From Podarcis pityusensis (Eukaryota), in NCBI GenBank assembly GCA_964106645.2, contig OZ067048.1: a DNA stretch of 64,000 bases. One strand, given 5' to 3'. The notes under the pieces were generated by a model. It was not told the origin of the DNA. It was given only the letters and a program-made list of their open reading frames with translations, and searched no databases. How positions within the stretch are numbered: position 1 is the stretch's first letter; the number at the start of each line of letters is the position of its first letter. The position numbers and the translations under genes are program-made. Of the stretch, positions 26,833 through 39,989 are shown in pieces.

Positions 26833-29800
26833 TGAGCAGTTTATTGCTTTCAGCAGCATTTTTGTAAAAATGAAAAAAAAAACCACACAGCTAAAAAATT
26901 ATTAAAGCTGCTTCCCTCCAGAAATGAATTCAGCCTTATATAGAAAGTATTCCATATCTGACATAGGTCACTATCCTATCTTTTCTGCTAAAACAAGCAG
27001 AAAAATAATTGTCTGCCAAGACGCTTGGCAATTTTCAAGTGATCCATGGGGAGAAGAGTTTGGAAACACTGATCCATCTCAATAAGTCACTTTGATCCTA
27101 TGCTAATGTTCACTTCTGCGAGGAGTGATATAATTGACAAACATAAACAAAAGTGAAAAGTCACTTGAATTCTGGTCAACGGGCACCTTTGCTTCCATTT
27201 GGGGTCTTTTCAGGAGACATTACTGTCCTATCCAGTCACCTGTAATCCTTCCTGCTCAAGACAGCATCGTTCTCCATACATAGCTCACAGATCAATAGCT
27301 AAGTGTGGCATGCCTATGTCCTGTGTCATGTACAAGTGTAGTGGGGGGTGGAGGAGATGTATCTTGGCAACTGTAGGACTTGCAAAAACCACCGTCTGGA
27401 CCTCATATCCAAGGTCTACTGTATATTTAGATCTAAAAAGATAATCCAGTATGACATGGGCCATTTCTATTTTATCTTGCTGCTTTTCCATTTTTATCAT
27501 GCTGTTTTTACTATCCTAAGCATTTGTATTGTTATCTGCTCCACTAAGCCTTTGGGCTGAAGAGTGGACCATTACACATAACAGAAAGTACCTTACATTG
27601 CACTACAAATCACCTGGAGATGTCCCATAGGAAGTAATTCATTAATGAAATAAATAATAATAGTAATATTCTTAAGTACTGATGAAGAACCAGTATTTTT
27701 AGTATCTGCTCTTACTTTAGCACAGTTAATAATAGATTGGTTTGATACAGAGGGTCAGATTCCACTTCAAATACTTTAGATATACTGTTCACATAGATTA
27801 TGAAATGGGTAAACAGGCCCATCTAACAATTTATCTGCAGCAAGTGGCTGCTATACCCATTAGCACAGTGGCTGAAACGGCTTAGAAATATCTAACTATA
27901 TCCATAGGTGGGCTGACTCAATGATTGCACTCTCAATGCATATACTGTAAAAATGCATAAGAAAGCCCTGGGGGCTTTTTCAGTGTGAACTACGGCAATA
28001 GCAAACAGCTAATGTGTGTGTGTGTGTGTGTGTGTGTGTGGTGGGAGAACTACGCATCACAATCCTAATTAAGAAACAAAGAGAAGTCATCATAGAAAAG
28101 AAAATCTTTTTTTACTGTTCAGCAGGCAGATTTGCTATGGTCAATTTTCACAATGGTATGCTGAACCACTGCAGCTTATGGTTTTGGAAAGACACATTAA
28201 GAAAGCTGGCAAAATTTGCACAGGTATTATCAGTGAAGCAATTAGACGTATCAGCAATTAAATACTATGGAAATATATATTTTTAAATGTCCCTCATATG
28301 GTAACCTCAGCTCCGCAGACTATATATGTAGGGCAGGCCTCACCTATCAGAACAGACCAACTGTCAGGGCAGCATGGACTGTTCTCTAGCTTCCAACTGT
28401 AGCCTAGGTAAGAGCCACTTATCTTTTCTAGAGATATTCCCCACAGCAATCTACAGTGTCCAACAGAGGACAGATCTTAGGTAGTCTGAAAGCCATACAA
28501 ATAAATGCTTATTGCTAAAAGTATTCCTGTGGATAAAGGGGTGTGAATTGCAGTTTTAGCCATGGATATTTATATTTTAATGTTTGTGTATTTTAAGCGG
28601 GTTATGAAGAAAGTGAGTGAAGACTATCAAAACTATTGCAAGAGATTCCTATGGGCCTATGATAAGAAAATTGAGAAAGGGTAGGATAAATGTATGGTTA
28701 TGAAAGGTAAGCAGGGCAATCCTTTACCCACTATTATAATTAAGGAGCATACAAATGTATACTGTATTTTTACATGTGTAACTGGAACATGCAACACAGA
28801 TTTCTAAAGTTACTTTTCTGAAACAGTAAATAATTAAATGGTACCCTTTGCCACAGGCTACAGCAAAGAACTGCAACAGGTTTCAATGAAAAACCATAGT
28901 AATTCATAAAATATTGGGTGTGTTTGCGTGCCATGGCAAGCCATGGTTAATGGTTAACCATGATTACTCCCACTCCAGTTCTCCCCTAGAGCAGGTGGAA
29001 GAAACAAAACACAGTCCTTGGCATACATTCAAACTAGGTGTTGTACTCTGTTGGGCTCCAAAATAACCACAATCTAAGGCCAATGTCTGTTCATGGCTCA
29101 CCAACTGTGGCTTGTTTGGAGAAAAACAAACCAAAAGTCCAGTTTGGGGTGTAATAATGTTAAGCCAAGGATTGTGTTTTGTTGTTCCCACTTGCTCTAC
29201 AAGAGGAGCAAAGTGGGAGCAATCTGCTTAACCATGGCTTGCCATGATGTGAACAAAGCCAACAAAGTGTGGCCATGTGTCCTACTCTGGAGAGCCTAAA
29301 TCTCTTGTGATGATAAGAAACTATAAAAAGGGGGAGGAGTGGCAAAACATAGCTGGCCACCCTAAGCTAAAAAAAAGTTCAACAACTCTGGTCTGCCCCA
29401 GGCTTGCTATGCTGCTGGGGAAAGCAGCAGAAAATGCTAGAAGTTTATGACCTTTATGATATTTTTAAAGTTACCTGGGTGGGGGGCTGTGTATAGCAGC
29501 AGTTCAACTAATTAAGGATTACATGGAATGAAAAGAGCCAGAAAATAACAAGAGTTTCAGTGGATGGTGGAAATATGTAATGGGAGACCTGTTTCCTGAT
29601 TACAGTTACTTTTATTTTATTTATTTTATTTTATATTTTAGGACTTTCATGCTCTAAACTTAAAACAAAAAGACAGGCTTTGAAATGGAATATTGTGCTG
29701 TGTGTCAGTTAGGATTTCTTAAGAAAAGGTTCAATAACCAGCCAAAGTTTTCAATGGTGGGCCATTTTTAAGTTTCATTTACTTACAGTTTACTGCAGTT

Positions 29801-30652
29801 TTCTGCAAGGAGTTTACATGGTGAGCATGAAAGAGAAAACAAAACATTTGCACTCACAAGTTGTTTCAAGTTAAACATTCAAGACTGCCAGGCACCTTCA
29901 TTTGATGCTTAATCAAAGCCTTGGAACAAGCAACAGGGAACTAAGTCATGATGCTATATTGTAACTATCCACACCAAGGAATGCTCTCAGAAATCATGCA
30001 GGAATAAATAAGCAATGTGTGTCCACAGGGAGCCAGTGAGAGACTGTTTCCCCTGCAAACATAAAACCTAAGTTATCACTTCACAGAACTGAAGCCGATG
30101 CTTGATTCAACAGTAGATAAATATTACTGTTCTATAATGTTACTTAAGTTCCAAAGTCCAACCTGAAGATTCCTCTTGCAACGTATCCCATTATAAAATA
30201 GCTCCACTTTAAAAAACAGAAACAAAACAAAAAAAAATATACAATACATACTTATTTCTGTAAGCTTTTGATTTAATTTTACTTGCATAAAAGATAAAGA
30301 TTTTTTATTGCAATTCCTAATCACACAGGGCTGCACTGATTTAAGAACAGCCACAGGGGTATATCAGTAATAAAGTAGCAGCAGTATTTTCGTATCAGTA
30401 TGCATTTGACTTTGGCAATGTGGGCAAGAGTTCTTCACTGGGAAAACAGGTATCAATTGTGTCTGGCCATCATAGGGAATTTGCTCCCATACCCTTAGCA
30501 TTTCTTAAAATGGCCATAGGCATGAGAAGAAATACAAAGGTGGAAGTATGATCCTCTTTTACCACCTTCCCTCCAGCAAGATGTAGAAGAGTCTGAATGC
30601 AGGCTATAGCCAAAAAAAAAAAAAAAAACAGACAGGTCTCAAAAACATATTA

Positions 30653-30894
30653 CAGTGGTACCTCTGGTTACATACTTAATTCGTTCTGGAGGTCTGTTCT
30701 TAACCTGAAACTGTTCTTAACCTGAAGCACCACTTTAGCTAATGGGGCCTCCCACTGCTGCCGCGCCACCGGAGCACGATTTCTGTTCTCATCCTGAAGC
30801 AAAGTTCTTAACCCGAGGTACTATTTCTGGGTTAGCGGAGTCTGTAACCTGAAGTGTATGTAACCTGAAGCATATGTAACCCGAGGTACCATTG
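30653..30894 (-). mobile_element. Tc1/mariner MITE, family B copy 2
   Basis: Reverse complement of 8010-8235, TA TSD. Confidence 0.9.
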
Positions 30895-31301
30895 TATAGC
30901 ACATATGATTAAAGTGTTGTAATACACACCACAGATATACAGAAATGGCAGGAAATTACCAAAAACTCAAGGTGCAGCCATCAGGAAAATGTTGGCCATG
31001 CCCTAACAGACATGCACACTAGCTTCTGTGGCAGACCTCTACACCAAAAATATCTTTCTGGTTTGATTGTACAAGTTTTTGAACATTGCTCTGCATAGGC
31101 ACAGAAGCCAAATGTGTGAGTGCATAGAGACCAAGGACTGCTAAGTGTTGGAAACAAATTAGGTATCATTTAACTCCATGCTGAAAGCATGAAAATTGCA
31201 CAGTTCAGGTGATCTCTCAATAATCCATGTCAACAACAGATGTGAAGAAGCTGGAGTTACCAAGAACGACAACTGCCAAGGTGCACTGAACATACATACA
31301 A

Positions 31302-31659
31302 AAAGGTAAAGGTAAAGGGACCCCCGACCATCAGGTTCAGTCGTGACTGACTCTGGGGTTGTGGTGCTCATCTCGCTTTATTGGCCGAGGGAGCCGGTGT
31401 ACAGCTTCCGGGTCATGTGGCCAGCATGACTAAGCCGCTTCTGGAGAACCAGAGCAGCGCACGGAAACGCCGTTTACCTTCCCGCCAGAGCGGTACCTAT
31501 TTATCTACTTGCTCTTTAACGTGCTTTCGAACTGCTAGGTGGGCAGGAGCTGGGACCGAGCAATGGGAGCTCACCCTGTCACAGGGATTCGAACCGCCGA
31601 CCTTCTGATCGGCAAATCCTAGGCTCTGTGGTTTAACCCACAGTGCCACCTGCATCCCC
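31302..31659 (-). mobile_element. Sauria SINE, full length
   Basis: tRNA-like head with B box GGTTCGAATCCC, CACGGAAACGCCGTTTACCTTCCC core, (ACCTTT)n tail, 14-bp TSD GAACATACATACAA. Confidence 0.92.
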
Positions 31660-32414
31660 GAACATACATACAAGCTGCTTCAAATGAACCCTGATTATCC
31701 TCTGTAAACTAATCCAGCTGTTAATTGGTATAGTAGTATACTGAACACAAGTGAGACTCAGAGGTGCCCAGTTGAGAGCTCACCAGGTGTCCTTTGGCAA
31801 AGCAGCACACTCTCAAGCCTCATCTGCACTGTAAATTTAAAGCATTATCAAACTACTTTAAACAGTCATGGCTCCCCCCCTCCTCAAAAGAAATCTCTGC
31901 ACTGTAGTTCACAGACCTACAATTCTCAAGAGTTGTTTAACCATCAATACCTCTTCCCAGGGAACTCTTCCTTGACATCCAAAACAGGATAATCAATCAA
32001 CATTATCATAAAAAGAAAATTATTTATGATACTCTGCAAATTGTTATGTCTCTTCCAGCCTCCACAGTGCGAAGCAGACATAACCAAACATTTCTATAAA
32101 AAGAGCTGAGGAAAAAGAAGGGGGGCAAAGAAACTCAATGAATACTACATGAAATTTATTTAATCTTATTTTTTGAGCTGTTGCTGAGTCTGCTCCTTCA
32201 TATTTGTCATGTTTATCAAGGACATAAAAAATGAAGGTTTGTCAGAATTAAGAAGAGCTTCTCTACCCTTTCACATGTCAAATTGTCTCTTGATTTGATA
32301 TATTTCAAAACATGCATCTGGGTCTTATATTCAAGAGGTGTGCTCTCAGTCTACAAATCAGGACTTTCTTGTTCTCAGTGTACAAAAATTATAATGATCC
32401 AATACTGTTTTATG

Positions 32415-33200
32415 ATTATGATTGTTTTCTTTATTAAATTGGTATGCCACCCTTCATCTGAAGATCACAAGATAGTTCACAACACAAAACTACAAAATGA
32501 ACACACAAAATACATACCCAAAACAACAAACACCAAATAACCCTCCTCCCCCAAACACATTTAAAAGGACATTGATTATTTAATCAGTCAAAGGCCTGGT
32601 GATTGAGAAATGTTTTTACCTGCCACTTAAAGGTATGCAATGAAGGCACCAGATGAGCCTCCTTGGGGAGAGCATTCCACAAATGGGGGGCACCACAGAA
32701 AAGGCCTGTTCTTGCGTTGCCACCCTCTGAACCTCTTGTGAAGGAGGCACACAAAGAAGGGTCTCGGTTTATGATTGCAGGATCTAGTTTGGTTCTTATG
32801 GAGAAGGGCGGACCTTGAGGTATTGCTGTCCTGAGCCATTTAAGGCTTTATAGGTCAAATCCTGCACTTTGAATTAGGCCTGGAAACTGATTGGCAGCCA
32901 GTGCAGTTGGGCCAGAAACAGTGATGTATGCCCAAACCATCTGGCCCTGGTAAGCAAACTGCCCACCAAATTCTGCACCAGCTGAAATTTCTAAACTGTC
33001 ATCGGAGGCAGCCTCACATATATAGTGTGTTAAGGTAATCTAACCTAAAGGTTACCAGACCACAGACAACAATAGTTAGGCTATCTTTGTCCAGATAAGG
33101 GTGCAGCTGGGCCACCAGCCAAAGCTGATGGAAAGCACTCCATGCCACCAAGGCAACCTGAGCCTCAAGCAACAGTGATGGATCCAGGAGTACCCCCAAG
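32415..33200 (-). mobile_element. L2 LINE 3' fragment
   Basis: Residual ORF2 GVLLDPSLLLEAQVALVAWSAFHQL...LVTFRLDY, typical of the L2 post-RT region; 3'UTR tail present. Confidence 0.85.
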
Positions 33201-33979
33201 CTATGCTACTCTCATTTTCCCATCTCCTGCCCTTGTGTTTTGCCAACTGACTCTTCAGAAAAGCCCTCTATCAAAAGTGTATCTGCAGTTGTCCAATTTT
33301 CCTAACTACAAACATGTAGCAAGCTTGCTGCAACCCCTCCACCATTCCCAAGGCAGATCACCAGTACTTTTTAAGAATTTGAACAAGGATGGAGAAAGCT
33401 TTGCCTGCAGATTTATTTTGAAGCTTTAAAATACATAGGAGCCCTGCAAAAAGACCAAGCTTGATAGCTGGGAAGCTTTTATCAGGAGTGTGTCCTGTTG
33501 ACATATATATAATCACAAGAATAGTATATGCGTATGAGCATGTAAAACATTCCAGACCTATCACACACCTTTTATCAGCACAACTTGCAGCTTAAAAATA
33601 CTCTTCATCTTACTTTGTCAACAATGTTGAATTGTGGTTAAATCACTCTATAATACCAACCTAAGATCAACACTGAATATAGTAATTCTGCCATATTAAC
33701 AGCATCTTTGCACAGTGTATGCCACATGTGAGAAGTTTTTGAAAATTACATTGTTGTAGGGCATTCCCACTCTTCCTATTCTCAGGAGTTGTTATTTTGA
33801 TAGAAAGTTTCTGTTATTAAATATCCCTTACTATTTTCAATCTTTCTTCTTTCATGGAACCATTTCCATGTTAACCAGCTTACAAAGGGGAAGGCTATCC
33901 TAGAGCAAATATTTCAGGCTTGAAGGATCTATTTAAGAAAGAAACAAAAATCAAGAGTTTCAGGGCCAACTGCCTAAAG

Positions 33980-34302
33980 CATGGGTAGGCAAACTAAGGC
34001 CCGGGGGCCAGATTCGGCCCAATTGCCTTCTAAATCCGGCCTGCGGATGGTCTGGGAATCAGCGTGTTTTTACATGAGTATAATGTGTCCTTTTATTTAA
34101 AATATATCTCTGGGTTAGTTGTGGGGCCTGCCTGGTGTATTTACATGAGTAGAATGTGTGCTTTTAATTAAAATACATCTTTGGGTTATTTGTGGGGCCT
34201 GGGAATTCGTTCATATTTTTTTTCCAAAATATAGTCTGCCCCCCACCCCAGGTCTGAGGGACAGTGGTCTGGCCCCCTGCTGAAAAAGTTTGCTGACCCC
34301 TG
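33980..34302 (-). mobile_element. hAT MITE, family A copy 3 (internal duplication)
   Basis: TSD GCCTAAAG; the TTTACATGAGTA...TTGTGGGGCCTG block is present twice. Confidence 0.9.
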
Positions 34303-34923
34303 GCCTAAAGCAAGTCATAAGCCTGGTTTTTATTTGCCACTTTTCTCTGTTTCATGGCTTTATTAGAGATATATTTTTGTTCTTGCATTATTGAGGGTTG
34401 ACTAGGAATCAAATTTGCATTAGTGAGTGTAGGGATGGGGGCTTCTCAATCAGCATCCTTTTCCCCTCCCAAAACTACAAGCCTTTTAGAGCTCTGGGGA
34501 TTCTCCTCCATGACTCTAATCTTGCTGTTTGCTTCCTCTTCCATGAAATCAACATAACTGATGGCAGTATGAGGTAGATGTCACCATCACCATGGTGACA
34601 GAGCTGGTGTCCAGGGCTACTCTGCACTCACCCCAGGCACAACGATGAGTGATCCGAGTGATCCGTCATAGCCAGGGGAACAAAATCAACACTTGCCCTG
34701 TCATCTGCCCCCACAACAAGGATACAAGACTAGCCATGAACTCAGGCATCACTCTCCTCCTTGTGCTCCACCTCAAAACAGTGATTGACTGCAGGGTCTA
34801 ATTACCAATTGATGTTAACAATATGATTAGCATTTACAACAGGTACTTTTTAACAATTAAAAGCCAAGTCCAGTGGTGGACTGCAGCATCCAGGAGACGA
34901 GCGCTAAAGTTCACCCTCTGCAG

Positions 34924-35126
34924 CAGAGCTTTCCAAACCTTTCATGTTGGTGACACACTTTTTAGACATGCATCATTTCATGACACAGTAATTCAGTTTT
35001 ACTAGCAAACTGGAGGTTAGACTAACCCTTTCCAGACCAGGGAGGAGTGTGGGGAGCGCTTGCATGACACACCTACACACTGCAGCCAACACACTAACAT
35101 CACGACACACACTTTGGAAAGCTCTG
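34924..35126. mobile_element. hAT MITE
   Basis: TIRs CAGAGCTTTCCAAA...TTTGGAAAGCTCTG, TSD CTCTGCAG/CTCTACAG, GACACAC subterminal repeats. Confidence 0.85.
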
Positions 35127-35202
35127 CTCTACAGTCACAATCTTTGTGAAGTAAAAAAATTCCTTCCTGTAGCACCTTAAAGACCAACTAAGTTAGTTCT
35201 TG

Positions 35203-35240
35203 GTATAAGCTTTCGTGTGCATGCACACTTCTTCAGATAC
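35203..35240 (-). ncRNA. Minimal type I hammerhead ribozyme motif
   Basis: GUAU-CUGAAGA-A-GUGUG(CAUG)CACAC-GAA-AGCU-U/AUAC: intact core, stems I and II pair, palindromic AGCU stem III. Confidence 0.8.
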
Positions 35241-35420
35241 ACTGAAACAGAAGTTACCAGATCCTTCTATATATTGAGAAGGTGGGGAGGGGTATTACTT
35301 AGAAGGGTGGTGGGAATCGGAGATTGGCAGATAGCTGAGATGAGCCTGTTGACGACTCTTAACGACTGTAATAGGTCTTACAGGAAAAGGCAAGGGGTGA
35401 GAAGGTGAGAAATGGCTTAG

Positions 35421-35936
35421 TCATGTATAATGAGATAAGAATCCGATGTCTCTGTTCAGACCAGGTTTCTCCATTGTTTTAAGTTTGGTAATGAGTTGTA
35501 ATTCAGCAGCTTCTCTTTCCAGTCTATTTCTGAAATTCCTTTGTAGTAAAACAGCTACTTTGAGATCTTGTATAGAATGTCCTGGGAGACTGAAGTGTTC
35601 TCCTACTGGTTTCTCTGTTTTGTGATTCTTGATGTCAGATTTATGTCCGTTTATTCTTTGGCGTAAGGTTTGGCCTGTTTGTCCAATATAGAGAGCTGAA
35701 GGACACTGTTGGCATTTGATGGCATACACAATGTTAGACGATGAGCAATTAAATAGTCCCGAGATGGTATGTGTGATGTTGTTGGGGCCAGTAATGGTGT
35801 TGTCCGGGTGTATGTGGCAGCAAAGTTGGCATCTGGGTTTATTGCAGGCTCTGGTGCCAGTGTCCGTGTTAAGTCTGGTTGTAGTATTATTGTGGGTTAG
35901 GAGTTGTTTAAGATTGGGTGGCTGTCTGTAGGCAAT
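35421..35936 (-). pseudogene. GIY-YIG endonuclease frame of the Penelope-like element (uninterrupted, no own ATG start)
   Basis: VY...YIG motif pair, conserved R, H, E and N, Cys-rich linker; ~170 codons with no stop. The first ~20 codons of the ORF-track call are host flank. Confidence 0.85.
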
Positions 35937-37619
35937 GAAACACACACATAAACACACACATACCAATATGAGTTTTCTTTCAAAAGCTAACTGCAATATT
36001 TGGGGAAGAAATCACTTCATTGCCATCACAAGTAGATGGACTCTGTGACACACAGGGTGACACACTGGCCCTCACCATCATCTGCCAGCTGAGATTATAT
36101 GCTATAACATATCCAACACTTCCCAAATACTGAGTATTTTAGGGGAAATTGGCAGCAGTAGCCAAGGAATGTTTCAGGGATACTTGGCTGCTGTTACCAA
36201 CTACTATTATTCCTACTGAAGAATACTTGATCAGCTTCCAAGGGAACCTCGGATTCCCTTCGGAGACCATTTGAAAGCCACTTCTCTAAATTATTCTAGC
36301 TACAAACATGGCTAAAAATAGTTTTATAGACAAACTTATATTGGAAGCTGTAAATCGTTCATGCAATTATAAGTTTCTTGATTTTGAAGCCCAACTACTA
36401 GCACAGATTTATCCAAGAAGCTTTCTAGACAGCTTTTCAAAACAAAAATGAGGCAATTTACATGGCCTAGGCAACCAGCATTTAAAAAGTGTTGGTCATC
36501 CATCACTAGATACGTCCAACATTAGCATTATTGCAACCTGATTCTATGAAGTTAGGTCCACCAAAGCCACAGCCTGCTGAACATGCAACGGGCTGAATCT
36601 GCCATCTTGAAAAAGATGGCAAACCTGTATCATTAAGAAAAATATGTACATGCACACGTTATGATTATTGTTCTGTTTTTAGTTTTGTTTAAGAGGTTGG
36701 GGGGGTTGTTTTTTTGGCAAGAAGTGGGAAAAGAAATCATATTAAAGTTCCAAACTCTGTCTTTCCTTTCATACATAGCAAATCAAGCAGACTACCAACC
36801 CATAATAACTAGACATGTCAAAAAGTAGGGATTTGAAATTCTAGTCTCACATTTCATAAAAGGTATCAAATATAATAGGGTACCATCCTTTGAGTGAGTT
36901 ATGGCAGAAAAAGAACTGATACAGGTACATTTTAAGAACAGCAAGAGCAGGTGCTGAAAACATTTTAAAAGAAAGAAATGCAAGTATGTCGTATTTTCAC
37001 AATGCACACCATTAGCAACCAGTGAGGCTGCATGCAGTAAGACAGCAGAAGGGAAGGGCAAGAAGCTGAGAAATAGGTCAGTCTGAGCTCAGCTAAGAGC
37101 ATTTTGTAAATTTCCCACATACATGAGCCTATTTCAAAATCAATTAAATATACTAAGTGTTCAACAGAGTTCTGCAGAAGTCATGCATTTCAATGTTTCC
37201 TTCAAAAACATATGAGAGACAGATTTATCTAGATACAAGTTTCCAGAAAATCACTTGAGAAATCTCCAGGTTTCCAGGGAGCTGCAGCATGCTTGCTCTT
37301 GGAACATTCAAGTTCATTACTAGTGGTCCATTCTTTTTAATGTTTCATTAAAAAGAAACATACCATCTCGTTAAACATCTTCTTTCCCAGCATAAAGACT
37401 GAACACAATCTGTTCAACAAATGTTTTGGAGACAAATGAATCCTTTACACATAAATATAATGTGCAAAATTTCTCAGACCTCACCATTTTATTTTTTTTC
37501 AGCAGTAAACTGTTCGTTTTTGTTTTCATTTTAGGGAGATGCAGTAAGGTAGGCTAAGCAAAGAGCTATAGAAATCTATTTCGGTCAAATACTGCTCCCA
37601 TTTTAAACAACAGAGAGTC

Positions 37620-38760
37620 TTGCCGAACCTTAAACACAAACCAATTTATTATGACATAAGCTTTCACAGACTACAGTTCACTTCATGAACTAAGATCCTA
37701 AGTTACAGGTAAGGTTGGTGTGTCTTAGTGTGTTAGTGAGTGAGAAAGAAAGGAAGGAAGGAAGGAAGGAAGGGAGAGAGGTTAGGTACCCTTGCCCGTA
37801 CGGGCTAGTCTTGACAGACTCTAGGGTTGTGCGCTCATCTCACTCTAGAGGCCGGGAGCCAGCGCTGTCCGCAGACACTTCCGGGTCACGTGGCCAGCGT
37901 GACGAAGCTGCTCTGGCGAACCGGCACCAGAGCAGCACACGGAAACGCCGTTTACCTTCCCGCTATAAAGCGGTACTATTTATCTACTTGCACTTAAGGG
38001 TGCTTTCGAACTGCTAGGTGGGCAGGAGCTGGGACCGAACGACGGGAGCTCACCCCGCCGCAGGGATTCGAACCGCCGACCATGCGATCGGCAAGTCCTA
38101 GGCGCTGAGGTTTTACCCACAGCGCCACCCGCGTCCCAATAAGAGAGAGGTTAGAGGTATATGAAATGTGGGGTAGTACTGAAAGTGATAATTTTGTGAT
38201 CATTCACAAAACAGTCATTGGTGATCAGTGACTGGTAAGCCAATCAACAAATGTAGCATTAATTTTTAAAAAAACACACACCTTTGACAAGCTCAATCCA
38301 AAATTGATAGAACTGAAACTCCTGGTGAACTGTGAATGAGCTGTTTCACATTCCAGTTTCTCTTTGAAGTTTCTTTGTTCAAAGATGGGTACTTCTAAGG
38401 TCAGTTACAGAGTATTCCAGATGCCGAAGTCTCCCCCACCCCACCCCCACCCTGGTTTCTTAACATTGTCATTTCTGATGACAGATTTCTGTCTGTTTAT
38501 TCCTTTGTACAAAGACTGGTTTGTTTGCCAAGAAGAGCATTGCTGGCAGAGGGTGGCATACCTCATATTGCAAGACGAGCAGGTGAATGAATCCCTAATG
38601 TTGTAAATGACATTGTTATGTCCTGTAATAGTGTTGCCACAGTTGGCAAACATGTCCATTAAATAGAGACTAATTTCTTTGTTTGTATTTCTGTTTTGTC
38701 AACTGCCATTACTGCTGAGTAACTGTTTTAGGTTGGTGAGCTCTTTGGAAACAAGCCCTG
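37620..38760 (-). mobile_element. Old degenerate Penelope-like element, interrupted by a Sauria SINE
   Basis: NTITGHNNVIYNIRDSFTCSSCNMRYATLCQQC...INRQKSVIRN aligns by eye to the young GIY-YIG copy; decayed hammerhead (GAAAGCTTATG) at 37655-37687. Confidence 0.7.
37786..38137 (-). mobile_element. Sauria SINE, second subfamily, CpG-rich (young)
   Basis: Same head and core as the 31302 copy, different 3' part; GAGAGAGGTTAG on both flanks. Confidence 0.9.
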
Positions 38761-38864
38761 CAAGAAGTTAGTGCCATTGCCCAGTATGTGTTGTAGATTA
38801 GTAACAATACAGAACATAACAAAAAACTTCAAGGAATTCATGAAAGTGCCGAATGACAATAAGT

Positions 38865-39830
38865 ACATAAGAGGAGGATCCTGGATCAGGCTGATAGCTC
38901 ATCTAGCGCAGCATCCTGTTCTCACAGTGATCAACCAGATGCCCGTGGGAAACTTACAAGGAAGACTTGAGCAAAACGGCACTCCCTTCTTGTGATTTTC
39001 AGCAACTGGTATTCAGAATCATTACTGCTAACAGCTCATGGCTAGTAACCTTTGACAACCCTCTCCTCCATGAATTTGCCTAATCCTCTTTTAAAGCTAT
39101 CTAGGTTGGGGATCATCACTGGCTTCTGTAGGAACAAGCACCATAGTTTAACTATGTGTTGTATGAAGAAGTACCTTCTTCTATCTGTCCTGAATGGCAA
39201 ATGCAGTTCAATGTAAACAAGTGTAAAGTGATGCATGTGGGAGGGGAGCCATTAATTTCACATATCCGCTTATGCCGGGGTCTGAACAGGCGGTGAAGGA
39301 CCCCTGGTCTCATTCCTAGTCCTTCACTACTCAGTTTGGAGAGGTCCTTTTGGAAGTCCTTTTGTGATCTCCTTTTGTTTTAACTACTCTGAACAATTTC
39401 ACTGCTCACTTCTAACTCTAGATTGTTTATGAACAATATGAAAGCTTTTCGAAAATACACTATGTAAACCAGATCACCTCTATCTAAATGCTTCTTGACA
39501 CTGTCAAAGAACTTGAATAGGTTCGTGATATAGGATTTTCCCTTGCAGAAGCAATGCTGGTTCTGCTTCAGTAAGGCTTACTCTTCTATATGCTTGGTTA
39601 TTTTATCTTTATAAATACTTTCCACCAGTTTTAATGGGACAGATGTTAACTGGCCTGTAATTTCCAGGATCCTCCCTGGTTCCCTTTCAAAAAATTGGTG
39701 TTGAATTGGCTGTTTTCTGATCCTCAGGTATGGAGGCTGATGTAAGAGACAAGTTACATATTTTTGTGAGAAGATCAATTTCACATTTAAGTTCTTTGCA
39801 AACTCTTGGGTGGATTCCATCTCCTGTGAA
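38865..39830 (-). mobile_element. CR1 LINE fragments with a short inverted segment
   Basis: Minus strand FRTDRRRYFF..HIVKLW and DPGNYRPV..TSVP.KLVES; plus strand WQMQFNVNKCKVMHVG at ~39195. Confidence 0.85.
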
Positions 39831-39989
39831 TTGAATTGGGACAAAGTAGTTGTACTTTTATTAGCATACTACATGTGTTAATTGGTATACAAATACCAGG
39901 ATATTATTCACCAACTACAGTTTTGTTAATTACATAATTATTGCTGTATCTGCACTTTCTACATCTCATTTTCTTCTGAGCTCACAATT

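Larger units (their letters stand above)
35153..35938 (-). mobile_element. Penelope-like retroelement, 5'-truncated (GIY-YIG endonuclease region plus 3' terminal region)
   Basis: Open frame AYRQPPNLKQLL...CNKPRCQLC...FNCSSSNIVYAIKCQQCP..LYIGQTGQTLRQRINGH...EHF...E...GLN, followed by a 3' region with a hammerhead core; RT absent. Confidence 0.9.

Noticed and set aside
31560-31659. tRNA-like sequence with a B box (also ~38045-38137)
   Set aside because: SINE heads, not tRNA genes; continuous with the SINE body and flanked by TSDs.
35937-35996. N-terminus MQLAFERKLILVCVCLCVC of the 191-aa ORF
   Set aside because: TTG start in host flank and (TG)n repeat; not part of the element.
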